Shown in pieces: positions 35,977-48,814 of a DNA stretch of 64,000 nucleotides (its first letter is position 1; every line of letters starts with the position of its first letter). The translations under genes and the position numbers were made by a program. Source of the DNA: Centroscyllium fabricii (lineage: Eukaryota). Below the pieces are notes generated by a model. That model ran no database searches and was not told the origin of the DNA. It saw only the letters and a list, made by a program, of their open reading frames with translations. Where the stretch lies: contig JBNRSN020000006.1 of NCBI GenBank assembly GCA_051313645.2, forward strand, positions 2,728,001 to 2,792,000. The letters are read 5' to 3'.

Positions 35977-38052
35977 TGAGATAGTTACAGAAACACGAGG
36001 GACCGAGGCACAGTGAGATAGTTACAGAAACACGAGGGACCGAGTGACACACAGCGAGATAGTTACAGAAACACGAGGGACCGTGTGAGAGACAGTGAGA
36101 TAGTTACAGAAACACGAGGGACCGAGTGAGACACACAGTGAGATAGTTACAGAAACACGAGGGACCGAGTGAGACACAGTGAGATAGTTACAGAAACACA
36201 AGGGACCGAGTGAGACACAGTGAGATAGTTACAGAAACACGAGGGACCGAGTGAGACACAGTGAGATAGTTACAGAAATACGAGGGACCGAGTGAGACAC
36301 AATGAGATAGTTACAGAAACACGAGGGACCGAGTGAGACACAGTGAGATAGTTACAGAAACACGAGGGAACGAGTGAGACACAGTGAGATAGTTACAGAA
36401 ACACGAGGGACCGAGTGAGACACAGTGAGATAGTTACAGAAACACGAGGGACCGAGTGACACAGTGAGATAGTTACAGAAACACGAGGGACCGAGTGAGA
36501 GACAGTGAGATAGTTACAGAAACACGAGGGACCGAGTGAGACACACAGTGAGATAGTTACAGAAACACGAGGGACCGAGTGAGACACAGTGAGACAGTTA
36601 CAGAAACACGAGGGACCGAGTGAGAGACAGTGAGATAGTTACAGAAACACGAGGGACCGAGTGAGAGACAGTGAGATAGTTACAGAAACACGAGGGACCC
36701 AGTGAGAGACAGTGAGATAGTTACAGAAACTCGAGGGACCGAGTGAGATAGTTACAGAAACACGAGGGACTGAGTGAGAGACAGTGAGATAGTTACAGAA
36801 ACACGAGGGACCCAGTGAGATAGTTTCAGAAACACGAGGGACCGAGTGAGACACAGTGAGATAGTTACAGAAACACGAGGGACCGAGTGACACAGTGAGA
36901 TAGTTACAGAAACACGAGGGACCGAGTGAGAGACAGTGAGATAGTTACAGAAACACGAGGGACCGAGTGAGACACACAGTGAGATAGTTACAGAAACACG
37001 AGGGACCGAGTGAGACACAGTGAGACAGTTACAGAAACACGAGGGACCGAGTGAGAGACAGTGAGATAGTTACAGAAACACGAGGGACCGAGTGAGAGAC
37101 AGTGAGATAGTTACAGAAACACGAGGGACCCAGTGAGAGACAGTGAGATAGTTACAGAAACTCGAGGGACCGAGTGAGATAGTTACAGAAACACGAGGGA
37201 CCGAGTGAGAGACAGTGAGATAGTTACAGAAACACGAGGGACCCAGTGAGATAGTTTCAGAAACACGAGGGACCGAGTGAGAGACAGTGAGATAGTTACA
37301 GAAACACGAGGGACCGAGTGACACACAGTGAGATAGTTACAGAAACACGAGTGACCGAGTGAGACACAGTGAGATAGTTACACAGACACGAGGGACCGAG
37401 TGAGAGACAGTGAGATAGTTACAGAAACACGAGGGACCGAGTCAGACACAGTGAGATAGTTACAGAAACACGAGGGACCGAGTGAGACACAGTGAGAGAG
37501 TTACAGAAACACGAGGGACCAAGTGAGAGACACTGAGATAGTTACAGAAACACGAGGGACCCAGTGAGACAGTTACAGAAACACGAGGGACCCAGTGAGA
37601 CACAGTGAGATAGTTACAGGACCACGAGGGACCGAGTGAGAGACACAGTGAGATAGTTACAGAAACACGAGGGACCGAGTGAAAGACACTGAGATAGTTA
37701 CAGAAACACGAGGGACACAGAGACACAGTGAGATAGTTACAGAAACACGAGGGACCCAGTGAGAGACAGTGAGATAGTTACAGAAACACGAGGGACACTG
37801 AGAGACACAGTGAGATAGTTACAGAAACACGAGGGACCGAGTGAGACACAGTGAGATAGTTACAGAAACACGAGCACGAGTGACACACACAGTGAGATAG
37901 TTACAGAAACACGAGGGACCGAGTGACACCCACAGTGAGATAGTTACAGAAACACGAGGGACCGAGTGAGAGACAGTGAGATAGTTACAGAAACACGAGT
38001 GACCGAGTGAGACACACAGTGAGATAGTTACAGAAACACGAGGGACCGAGTC
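35977..38052. repeat. ~41-bp minisatellite (GAGATAGTTACAGAAACACGAGGGACCGAGTGAGACACAGT) with length variants
   Basis: Direct reading; identical ORF translations at 36639 and 37070 show an internal 431-bp duplication. Confidence 0.97.
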
Positions 38053-39107
38053 AAACAGGTACAGAGGCAGACCCAGAAAACACAAAGGTGAAGGAGACAT
38101 TGAAGATGACAAACCCAGAGATAAAGGAGTGAAGGAGAGACAGAGTGAGACAAACATGAAATCACCTGAGGAGGAGGGAAACCGAGACATATGCATAAAG
38201 AAAGGGAGGGAGTGAGATAAAAATACAAGAGGCTGCAAAAGAAGAAAAAAGAGCAAATGAAAGAGAGAATGAGACCCTGTTATTCTAATATTCCAGAATG
38301 GACCAACAGCCATTCCAACAAATAAGCAGACAATAGAAAAGTTGAAACAAGTGCTTAATAAGTCAAATGAATTGGAATTGTAGATGCCTCACGGAACCCC
38401 ATCAGTTGCACCCTAACAAATGCTGCACCTTACATACTGCATCTGGGGCACTCCGTGGTGTTTATATTTGATTTCACATGAAGACAAGATCTAACCTTTA
38501 CTTGAGGAAACAGAAATCTTGTGACTTTTAATTTTAAACTAAAATTTTGCAGTAAACTAAACCAGGGAAAACACAGAAATCAGCGCGAGTCATCACTAGG
38601 ACCACTAGTGCTAGTGCCGCTGATGGAGGTCTGGGAAATGCAGACCTTTTGTTCATCTCTAGTTAAGAAACAGTAATAATTCAACAAATGGGACAGTTTC
38701 TTCCGCCTTCAACATTCTTCCGAGACCAATACAGAAGGCATGCTTTATTCTGGCTCGGAGCCTGGAAATAATCTCAGATTACAATAAATGAACATGGCCT
38801 TCAATGTCTGCTCTGTGATGTTGAGGGCAATACCAAGGCCATTTAAAAAAAACATTCTTTGTACTTTAATAGTATCAAGTTTTCAGTTGTCTGACTGTCC
38901 TGAAACCCTAGCAACTCTCCAGCACCAGGTTGCAACTCTATTGTAATTAACCTTCTACCTTGTGATTATTGCAGGTAAAAAGAAACCCAAATGGTTTTAC
39001 AATTAATTTTAAATTTGGTTTTGTTTCAGACAGATCAAGGCTTTCAAAAACAACGACATTACTTTCTCTGTTCCGCATGTTCCAAGGCAGAGGAGTGCAC
39101 ATAATTC

Positions 39108-40572
39108 ACCCCCGCAAAACCAAATAAACTAGTGTATTACCCGCAATAACCCCCAAAACCAAATAAACGAGTGTGTTACCCGCAATAACCCCCCGCAAAA
39201 CCAAATAAAAATCATAGAATCCCTGCAGTGCAGATAGAGGCCATTTCGGCCTATCGAGCCTGCACCGACACATATCCCACACTATCCCCGTAACCCCCAC
39301 ATATCTAATACCCCTAACACTAAGGGTCAATTTATCCTGGCCAATCAACCTAACCCGCACATCTTTGGACTGTGGGAGGAAACCGGAGCACCCGGAGGAA
39401 ATCCACGCAGACACGGGGAGAATGTGCAAACTCCACACAGATAGTCACCCGAGGCCGGATTTGAACCCGGATCCCTAAACTAGTGTGTTACCCGCAATAT
39501 CCCCCCAAAACCAAATAAACTAGTGTGTTACTCGCAATAACCCCCAAAACCAAATAAACTAGAGTGTTACTCGCATTAACCCCCCCAAAACCAAATAAAC
39601 TAGTGTTACCCGCAATAACCCCCCAAAACCACATAAACTAGTGTTACCCACAATAACCCCCCAAAACCAAATAAACTAGTGTATTACCCGCAATAACCCC
39701 CAAAACCAAATAAACTAGTGTTACCCGCAATAACCCCCCAAAACCAAATAAACTAGTGTGTTACCCACAATAACCCCCCAAAACCAAATAAACTAGTGTG
39801 TTACCCACAATAACCCCCCAAAACCAAATAAACTAGTGTGTTACCCGCAATAACCCCCAAAACCAAATCTACTAGTGTGTTTCCCGCAATAACCCCCCAA
39901 AACCAAATAAACTGATGTGTTACCCGCAATAACCCCCAAAACCAAATAAACTAGTGTTACCCACAATAACCCCCCAAAACCAAATAAACTAGTGTGTTAC
40001 CCACAATAACCCCCGCAAAACCAAATAAACTAGTGTGTTACCCACAATAACCCCCCCAAAACCAAATAAACTAGTGTGTTACCCGCAATAATCCCCCCAA
40101 AACCAAATAAACTAGTGTTACCCGCAATAACCCCCCAAAACCACATAAACTAGAGTGTTACCCACAATAACCCCCCAAAACCAAATAAACTAGTGTGTTA
40201 CCCACAATAACCCCCGCAAAACCAAATAAACTAGTGTGTTACCCACAATAACCCCCCCAAAACCAAATAAACTAGTGTGTCACTCGCAATAACCCCCCAA
40301 AACCAAATAAACTAGTGTGTTACCCGCAATAACCCCCGCAAAACCAAATAAACGAGTGTGTTACCCGCAATAACCCCCGCAAAACCAAATAAACGAGTGT
40401 GTTACCCACAATAACCCCCAAAACCAAATAAACTAGTGTGTTACCCGCAATAACCCCCCAAAACCAAATAAACTAGAGTGTTACCCGCAATAACCCCCCC
40501 AAAACCAAATAAACTAGTGTGTTACCCGCAATAACCCCTAAACCCAAATAAAGTAGAGTGTTACCCGCAATA
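39108..40572. repeat. ~40-bp minisatellite (ACTAGTGTGTTACCCRCAATAACCCCCCAAAACCAAATAA) interrupted by a SINE
   Basis: Direct reading. Confidence 0.96.
39210..39476 (-). mobile_element. HE1-like V-SINE (5'-truncated) inserted in the 40-bp array
   Basis: Reverse V-domain and (TTCTATGA) tail; taaa on both sides. Confidence 0.9.
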
Positions 40573-41411
40573 AAAAGCAGCATGTTGTTGTTTCACACAT
40601 TGCCTAAGAATATTAAAGACGACTTTGTTTTGAAAATAATTGGCCTTGGAGAGTTTCTTTCTCCGCCCCGAGCTGTATAAACGCTAACTGGCATCTCTTC
40701 AATAACTGTACGTTATGAGAGTAAATAAATATTTTTCTGGTTACCACGGAGTACCAGAAGAAACAAGGATCGGCAGAAAAGTGGGAACTCAACAAAAGCA
40801 GGAATACACGGGGATGCCGCTATAGTTTAGTGAGATTTCTCCATGGGCACTCGGACAATTGGGGGAGTCGGTTTGAAAGTTATGAGGCCGAAGTTGTCAT
40901 TCACATTCCCTAAGCCACACACCAAAGGAACACAATGGCTTGGCTTTCGGCACTGCCCAGCTGGAAGATGTCCCTGCTTTTAATGCTGGTTGGAGCATTG
41001 TGTTCGGAGAAGCCTGTCACAGTCCACTTCCTCACAGTCTAGGGGCTGCACCAGGTTTAACGATGGCCTCTGTAGAGCGAGGCTTAATTCTGGTTCAGTG
41101 CATGTGAATGTTTCACTCAATATCTCCTTGCTGGACTAATACTGCTGACTGCAGCACAAATAACACAGGAATTTAGTTCAAGAAGCTGTTGCACAGTTCT
41201 TCAAACACAAGCTATTTTCAGTCTCCGTTCCTTCGCTGGTTATTGTTGTCAGCATTTAGAGGTTTCAATCAGCTGCCAGGCAGTAACCACCAGGGTCCTT
41301 TTAGACAGTTCTTCCCGCCCCATCCCCCAAACTCTGTGCTACCCAATTTACAATCCCCCTTTCCCCCCTATTCTTATGCGAACCTACTTATACACTGCAC
41401 TTATGGTAGAC

Positions 41412-41665
41412 TGCCGGGAGTGGGTTACAACGCGCCGGGAGTGGGTTGCACCGCGCCGGGAGTGGGGCGCCCGGCGCCGGGAGTGGGGCGCACGGCGCCG
41501 GGAGTGGGGCGCACGGCACCGGGAGTGGGGCGCACTGCACCGGGAGTGGGGCACACTGCACCGGGAGTGGGGCACACTGCACCGGGAGTGGGGCACACTG
41601 CACCGGGAGTGGGGTACACTGCACCGGGAGTGGGGTACACTGCACCGGGAGTGGGGTACACTGCT
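41412..41665. repeat. 21-bp minisatellite (CCGGGAGTGGGGCACACTGCA), ~12 units
   Basis: Direct reading. Confidence 0.95.
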
Positions 41666-43188
41666 GGGAGCACTGACGGCCGTGCAGGAGGCTCCAAGAG
41701 CATTTCCAACAAAAAACACTCCTAATAAATCATCGGGGAAATTGTGTAACTCAAACTGAAGGATCAGTCTCAAAGCACCTTTGGAGAAACAAGCCCACTG
41801 CTCTCTTTCACCGCTATTGTTGGGCTGACAATGTCCACACTCCGTCCTGCCGAGCCCTCAGACTAATGCATCACAAAGCACAGCGGACGCCGGCAAAACC
41901 CAGCTTTATAAAAAAATAAACCCATGTACTTTGCATAACTTTGCAAAAGGAGAACATGCAGACCTTTACTTCAGGCCAGCAAGGTTTATTTTTCCAGAGC
42001 AACAGCAACAGGATCCTGGACTTGAGCCAATGTGGGTTTGTGGAGTGGCTGAAGGTTGAGGCCCTCACCAGTACCGTGCCCCCTCCCTACGCCCCACAGC
42101 ATCATTCTGCCTAATGAACCGAGACGAGATGGTTGCAATTGACTGGGAGATGCATCAGAGGTTCTACACTTGAGTACATATTCATACACACATAGGTTAA
42201 TATTATCACAGAGATAATTGCAGTTATTACTAACTCTAATAAGCCCTGCCTAGACAAACATAGGCAGGTTAATTTGCGATTTCCTGCCTTATTCAGAGGC
42301 AAATTAAGTGTCAAGCGGCTAATACGAAACATATTTCATTTTACGAGCTTTTAATTTAATTTTGCTTCATATTGTTGATGCTGTAAATGGATGCCAGCTC
42401 TATCCGGATTAACCAGCTCTGTGTGAACCTTTGGACCAAATCTTTAATAACAGAATAACATGACTATGACATTCACCATCAGTCGGGGATGTCTGCGTTA
42501 GTCAGGGTAGATACGTGCTCACAAATTTCTGAGAGTTTAATACACAAACGGACCCCTTTATTCTCGTTAATGCACACACAGATTACATCAGATTTATTAC
42601 CTCGCTCCAGGCACATTTGCTCTGTAATTACAAGTCTGCAATGGCAGCCTGATCCGTAAAGTATTTGTAAAATATTAGACATGTGTTTAGCTCTTAGTCA
42701 AATGGGTTAAAAATGATTCCTTCTGTTCACCATGGAGGACTTGTTTTAAAACAATTTCATTTTTTTTTTTCCACACAGTCCATGTAATTACTGTAGTGTA
42801 ACTGATTGCCATGGGTATGCAAGGTGCCATCTACATAACATGACTCATTTCCCACAATATTAAGTGTGATTTTCTAGTAAATAAAGATGTCTGATCATCC
42901 TTACAAATGAAGCCTGATCTGAAAATATTAATAAATGTTGACTGTGACACTTTACAATGGAGAGATTTAAATGCAGCTCTCACAGAGCTTGTATGCTGCA
43001 AGTTTCATGTTTCTTTAATTCTATTCTGGACATCAATGTAATTCGAACTCCTCCAGGATAATATAATCCCCCCCGTAACCCATCCAAGTTTGAGGTAAAG
43101 GTGGTGACCAGAGAGCATTCTGTGAACTAAGCAAATATGTGAAGGTGCAGTTCAGCAAAAAACTTCAGTAAAGTCAAAGGAGCATTAA

Positions 43189-43580
43189 AGGGCGGCACGG
43201 TGGTTAGCACCGTTGTCTCACAGCACTGGAGACCCGGGTTCAAATCCAGCCTCGGGTACTATCTGTGTGGAGTTTGCACATTCTCCCCGTGTCTGTGTGG
43301 GTTTCCTCCGGGTGCTCCGGTTTCCTCCCACAGTCCAAAGATGTGCGGGTTAGGTTGATTGGCCAGGATAAATTGACCCTTAGTATTAGGGGGATTGACT
43401 ATGTGGGGTTATGGGGATAGGGTGGGATGTGTGTTGATGCAGGCTCGATAGGGATGTGGGGGGGGGGGGGGGGGGCAGGGGCAGGGTGCTGGGTTTGGAT
43501 GATCAGCCATGATCTCATTGAATGGTGGAACAGGCTCAAAGGGCCGAATGGCCTACTCCTGCTCCTAGTTTCTATGTGTC
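43189..43580 (+). mobile_element. HE1-like V-SINE
   Basis: Closely matches 20951-21337 along its length. Confidence 0.9.
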
Positions 43581-43714
43581 TAAACATAACTCACAAAACA
43601 GAATACATTGGACATACAACTTGGAGCTCTTTATCTATCAAATGTTCTCGGCATTATTTGAATTTATTAATTTAATATTCAATTGGAAGTATATTTGAAG
43701 ATTAAACATCAACT

Positions 43715-44335
43715 CAGTGCAATGTGCCCAGCTTCAGCTCATTTGCTGCTGAAACCTTCATCTCCAGTGTTCTTACTGCCAGACTCGAATATTCCAATGC
43801 TCCCCTGGCTCCCCTCCCTCCATAAACCTCAGCTCATCCAAAACTCTGCTGCCCGAATCCTAACTCGCATCGAATGCCATTCACCATTACCCCTGTGCTT
43901 GCAGACCGACATTGGTTTGTAGTCCGGCAACACCTCAATTTTAAAATTATTATCCTTGTGTTCAAATCCCTCCATAATGTAATTACTGTCGTGTAACTGA
44001 TTGTCACTCCTCCCTATCTCTGTCACCTCCACCAGCCATGCAATCCTCCAAGCACTCAGAGTTCCTCCAATTCTGGACCCTTGTCCATCCTCCACTTTCT
44101 TCACTCCACCATTGGCGGCATGCCTTCAGTCTAGGCCCCAAGCTCTGGAATTCTGCCCATAAACACCTCTGTCTCCCCACTCCTTTATCTTTCTTTAAGA
44201 TGCTCCTTAAAACCGACATCTTTGACCAAACGTTAATGCTAATATCTCCTTCTGTGGCTCGGTGTCAGTTTTTGTCCGATTACGCTCCTTGGGACGGTTT
44301 CTTACGTTAAATGTGCTATATAAATGCAAGCTGTT
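43715..44335 (+). mobile_element. L2 LINE 3' fragment (decayed)
   Basis: QLIQNSAARILT, KLWNS and LKT motifs; tail gctatataaatgcaag. Confidence 0.85.
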
Positions 44336-46534
44336 GTTATTATTATCACACAGCTTGTACACCGCGCACTTTTAATCCAACACACGTCAATTTTATGAGA
44401 GTGGGTCTTTGGTTAGAATTTGCTCCCAAGTCAGAAGGCGCAGGGTTCAAACCAGCTCGAGACAGTCCCGGTGAGCAGAGCTGGTGTTCTGGTTCAAAGT
44501 CCAGTGGAATACTTGCCTCTGGTGGGTGTGGGCGGCTCCCGCTCATTGTATGGGTTGTGGGAGTCGATAAAATGCTCCGGCCTTATAGGACTAATCACCG
44601 TGCCGCTGGTGTAAAGGTGGTTCCGGCCATGGAAGGAGCGCAGACCATTAATCAGCCTGCGACTCCTTCACACTATTCTCAGAGGAAAGAGTGTGACGAT
44701 ACGAAAAGAATAACATGTCAACGGAGTCTCTAATAACTGAGGGCCATGAATTCATGTCAGTGCTTATTTCATTATCATACACACATCTGGGTGTAACATG
44801 CGCACAGTGCTGTGTCATACCCATGCAGGCTGACTCGATGGCACATGGAATACATTTGTTAATCAATTCTAATCAAATTAAATCAGCATAGTTCTTCAAT
44901 AAACACAATCAGTGCATTAGGGGTGCAGTTAACCATAAAATGGTTAAATCTATATGTGTTTAAATATTTTTAAGCATTGACCAATAGGTCAATTTGTATG
45001 GTACAAATCTATGTTATTAAAGTCTAGTTATAGTAAATTTATCTCCTTCTGTCTGTAACTTGTATTTTCTATCCCCTGCACTCTCGTTCGCTTTTTTATT
45101 ATCTTCCTTTAAGCCGACTGCTGTATTACATTTGTTATTTTGTTAAGATGACATCCCCATCAATCACCTGGTGCTTGTTTATGCAGACAGCAGAGTCCGT
45201 GGAAATGCAGCATAAAATTTTCATTATAGGTAATAGTGGTGCTTAAGGAGAGACGGTGACTTTACAAAATAACATCAAGTGTAATGATGACAAATATGAA
45301 ATATAATGTGGTCCCAGTAAAATCTCTCATCTAATTGTCTTTCACCAAGCTCAGCAGTCCCTCCACGGTTATCATCAGCTCGGAAGCCTCCCGTTCCTGA
45401 ACAGTTATTTTAACAACGATTTTACGCTTGATGGTAATTTTACTAATCTTAAGAAAATCTAACAAATGTATCAAACTCACAGATTTTCAAGCACAGTTTT
45501 GTTTTGGTTCTACGATTTCGTAAATCTGAAAAATTTATTGTTATCCCCAATTGAGAGGAAAACACAACTTGTTTTTAGACAATTGTTCATTCTTCACCGG
45601 GAGTTGGAATTTAACAGATTTCAAATGAACTGACCCACAATTAATGAGGCTACAGGTGGCCAAGACATAACCCCTGTGAGAATACACCAGACGACAAGTA
45701 AAAGTGCAAACACCAGTAATACAACAGGCCACATCTCCGGGATCACGGCAGACTATAATTCAGTGACTGGAACACAGAACTCATGCAGACACAGAAAGAT
45801 TATCAGGAGACCTCAGGGCTGCAAGTTTTTAATCTCACAATGCTCATTATTTCTAATATGAATGGCTTTGACGTCTTCAGCGTTTGATGCTCTATTTGAG
45901 GGAGGAAAAAGTGGGGCAGTGGTTTAACACTGATGTCCATTTCAAGCTGCTGAAATCAACGTTATCTGGGCAGTATCAGTATACTTACCACCCAGCTAAT
46001 CCCAACGAGGCACCTTTCAATATGCCAATCGGGGTCCGACCACGTACATTGGATCCGGATTGTCATTTTAGGATTGAAGTGGTCGGAACCCTTGAGTGGT
46101 AACTTCAATTTTTTTTCAGGAGGTGGGGGAGGTTTCTCCTCAGGTTCCACAACAATACTGCGGCTGCCGTTCTTCCCCCTCGGCTTTGTCTCCCACCCTC
46201 CCTCTTTCCCAGGACTTACCCTGCAATGGCCACCAGAGTCCCAGCCGGGCGACATCCCTGTGACCCAAAACCAGAGAGCTGCGTCGGCAATGCCCGCTTG
46301 GCGTCCCCAGCTCGCCGAGCACATTTAAATCGCAGCTTGCCCCTCCACCGCCAGAATAGGCGGCCAGCTGGCGAGCTCCACCAGTCGGCTGCCTAAAGGT
46401 TAAAATCCACCCCATGGTGTCATGTCATCTTCCAACTCCTGAGCTCGAACTCAATAACGATGGGTGGGAAAAAAATGATGCCCCCTCTGTTGGCTGTAAG
46501 GATCCTGGGTGCAGTGAGTGTGGGCATTCTGAAC

Positions 46535-46918
46535 AACAACAACTTGTATAGCGCCTGTCAAGTAGCAAAACGTCCCAGGCGTCTCATAGGCGCGGTTACC
46601 GAGCCACATGAGATATTAGGGTAGGTAGGTTTTAAGAAGCATCTTAAAGGAGGAGAGCGGTCGAGAGGCGAAGAGGTTCAGGGAGGTCATTCCAGAGCTT
46701 AGGGTCTCACAAGCTGAAGGCACGGCCACCAATGGCAGAGCGATTATAATCAGGGATGCTCAAGACTGGAGCTGAGCAGAGATCTCAGCAGGTTGTGGGG
46801 CTGGAGGAGGTTACAGCGGTGGGGAGGGGCGAGGCCATGGAGGGATTTGAAAACAAGGATGAGAATTTTAAAAATCGAGGCATTGCTTAACCGGGAGTAA
46901 ATTTAGGTCAGCGAGACT
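46535..46918 (-). mobile_element. L2 LINE 3' fragment (decayed)
   Basis: Reverse match to 43715-44335 and 62487-63490 (ttccagagctt; ttgaaaacaaggatgagaattttaaa). Confidence 0.8.
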
Positions 46919-47036
46919 GGACCCACATCCAGTAACCAGTTCAAAATGGCACTGAATTTGGAACCTCACCCACAGAGACCATAAGGAAACTAGGTACAGG
47001 TTAAGCAACATCAATGAAGCAAAAAGTTTACTCTGC

Positions 47037-47133
47037 TGCAGGCTTGCTGCAGGACTGCTCGATATTGACCCCGAGAGCGCAGGCTTGCTGCAGGACTGCT
47101 CGATATTGACCCTGAGAGCGCAGGCTTGCTGCA
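47037..47133. repeat. 41-bp tandem repeat, ~2.3 copies
   Basis: gcaggcttgctgcaggactgctcgatattgaccc(c/t)gagagc repeated. Confidence 0.85.
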
Positions 47134-48814
47134 GTTGATTTTCCCCATTAAGCAACTGGGCATAAAGCACTGATTGGGCAGAGAAACTGAGAGGAAAATC
47201 AGGAATCATCCTTTCAGCTTTTCATTCATAAAAAATTGCTAAATTCTCTTTGGCCGAGGGTTTATAGGCTTGCATTTTTTTGCATGAATATTTTTACTTA
47301 AACAGGGAACACTGATAAATCATTCGGGGTTGAACAGGCATTGAGAAGTTACTGACCCGAGCAGCATGAGATGCTTGATTAGCGTGCTCAGCTAAAGCTG
47401 AGGCACCTCAGGCCAATGACCGTAGGGCCTAACTCCTGCTGAGTGGGCACAAGCCCTCACCACCAGCAGGAATTAGACAGGGCCTCTGCCAGTAATTATA
47501 TATTTAAACTCACCCCCACCGCAGGGACCAGTTACTTTACACCTGAAATCATGCAGTGAAGGCGAGTACAAATTTTACAGGTCCAGGGCAGTATGTTTGG
47601 TTTGGTGTTCGAAAACACCCCTAAAGGGCATCATATCCAATTAATTACTTTTTGAAATGATTAGGTTTTTGTTTCCACATTAGATACAGCACAGCACTCT
47701 AAGCCATGATCAGTAACAGCCTGTTTGTGTAAAGCTGGATTCCATTATGCTGCAGTCACTGTGATGATACAAGCAAATGATGTGGCAGTCGTTCTGCACA
47801 GCAAGATCCCATAAACAGCTGTCAGATAAATTGCCAGGCAATCTGTTTTTGCTGACATTGTGAATGAGAGGTGCTGCTCATAACATCAGGAAAACCCCCT
47901 GCTCTTCTTCCAGTAGGGACTGTGGGGTATTTTATGTCCACTTGGGGTTACGGTTTATCGTCTCCTCTGAAGGATGGCTCCTACAACAAAGCAGCACTCT
48001 ATTGGTACTGCACTGAAGTGACAGCTGAGATGTCCTACTAACTGAGCAAAGCTGGCTAATTGTATTACACAGAAGGTACAGAACTGGAGCCCCCCAACCT
48101 CACCCCAACACTTTAAGGGGCTAAATGTTCTCCCTTTACTAAAATGACTGTAAAAGGTGGTGAGAGTAAAGGGTGATCTATCACACCTCTGACTCATATT
48201 GCTACATTTAGCATAGAGAGCAATTTTACACCTTGGGTGTCTGCAGCTGCCTGATAATATTTTGAAATAAAGTTCTTGCCCTCTTAAGAGTTCCTCCAAG
48301 TCGGCCTGAATTTGTTCCTGAATTGCAGTGACTGGCCATTCGTGCAGCCCCAGTTCGGAGTTCCACCGAGCTGCCACAGGAGTATGTCAAGCCCATGCGC
48401 ACGGAGTAAGACCAGGCGTGCCACCGTTACCTACTAATGGGGCAGTGAGCTCATCGCTCACAAAAGGCGACATTAGGGCCGTGCACATCGGGTCGAACTG
48501 ACGCCCGTGCTCCATGGGATACAACACAGCGAATTACCAAGCACCGAGCCAGCCGGCATGCACCATTGGTCAGTTCCTCAGACTGTGGCAGCGGCGTCAA
48601 AGCCCCATTGGTTGAAACTCCTCGACATCTTTCGGAACGTTCTGGCGTGTCAGAATCGCAGGTTTAGTGGGCTCCAGAATTGGCTGATATTTGGATTGCA
48701 GCGAGTGGGGATTCACCAGCCTCCCTTCAGCTTCTACCCTTCAGCTCTGGCTCTGCTAAAGCTAATGCCGGCGCTTCACATTTTGTAATAGTTTAAATTA
48801 ATAGATGTGGTTTA

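Noticed and set aside
39108-40572. Telomere-derived repeat (TAACCC in most units)
   Set aside because: Only a single hexamer per 40-bp unit, never tandem.
41189-41773. TAPGVGH elastin/mucin-like repeat protein
   Set aside because: All frames are open because of a 21-bp DNA repeat; no splice or codon evidence.
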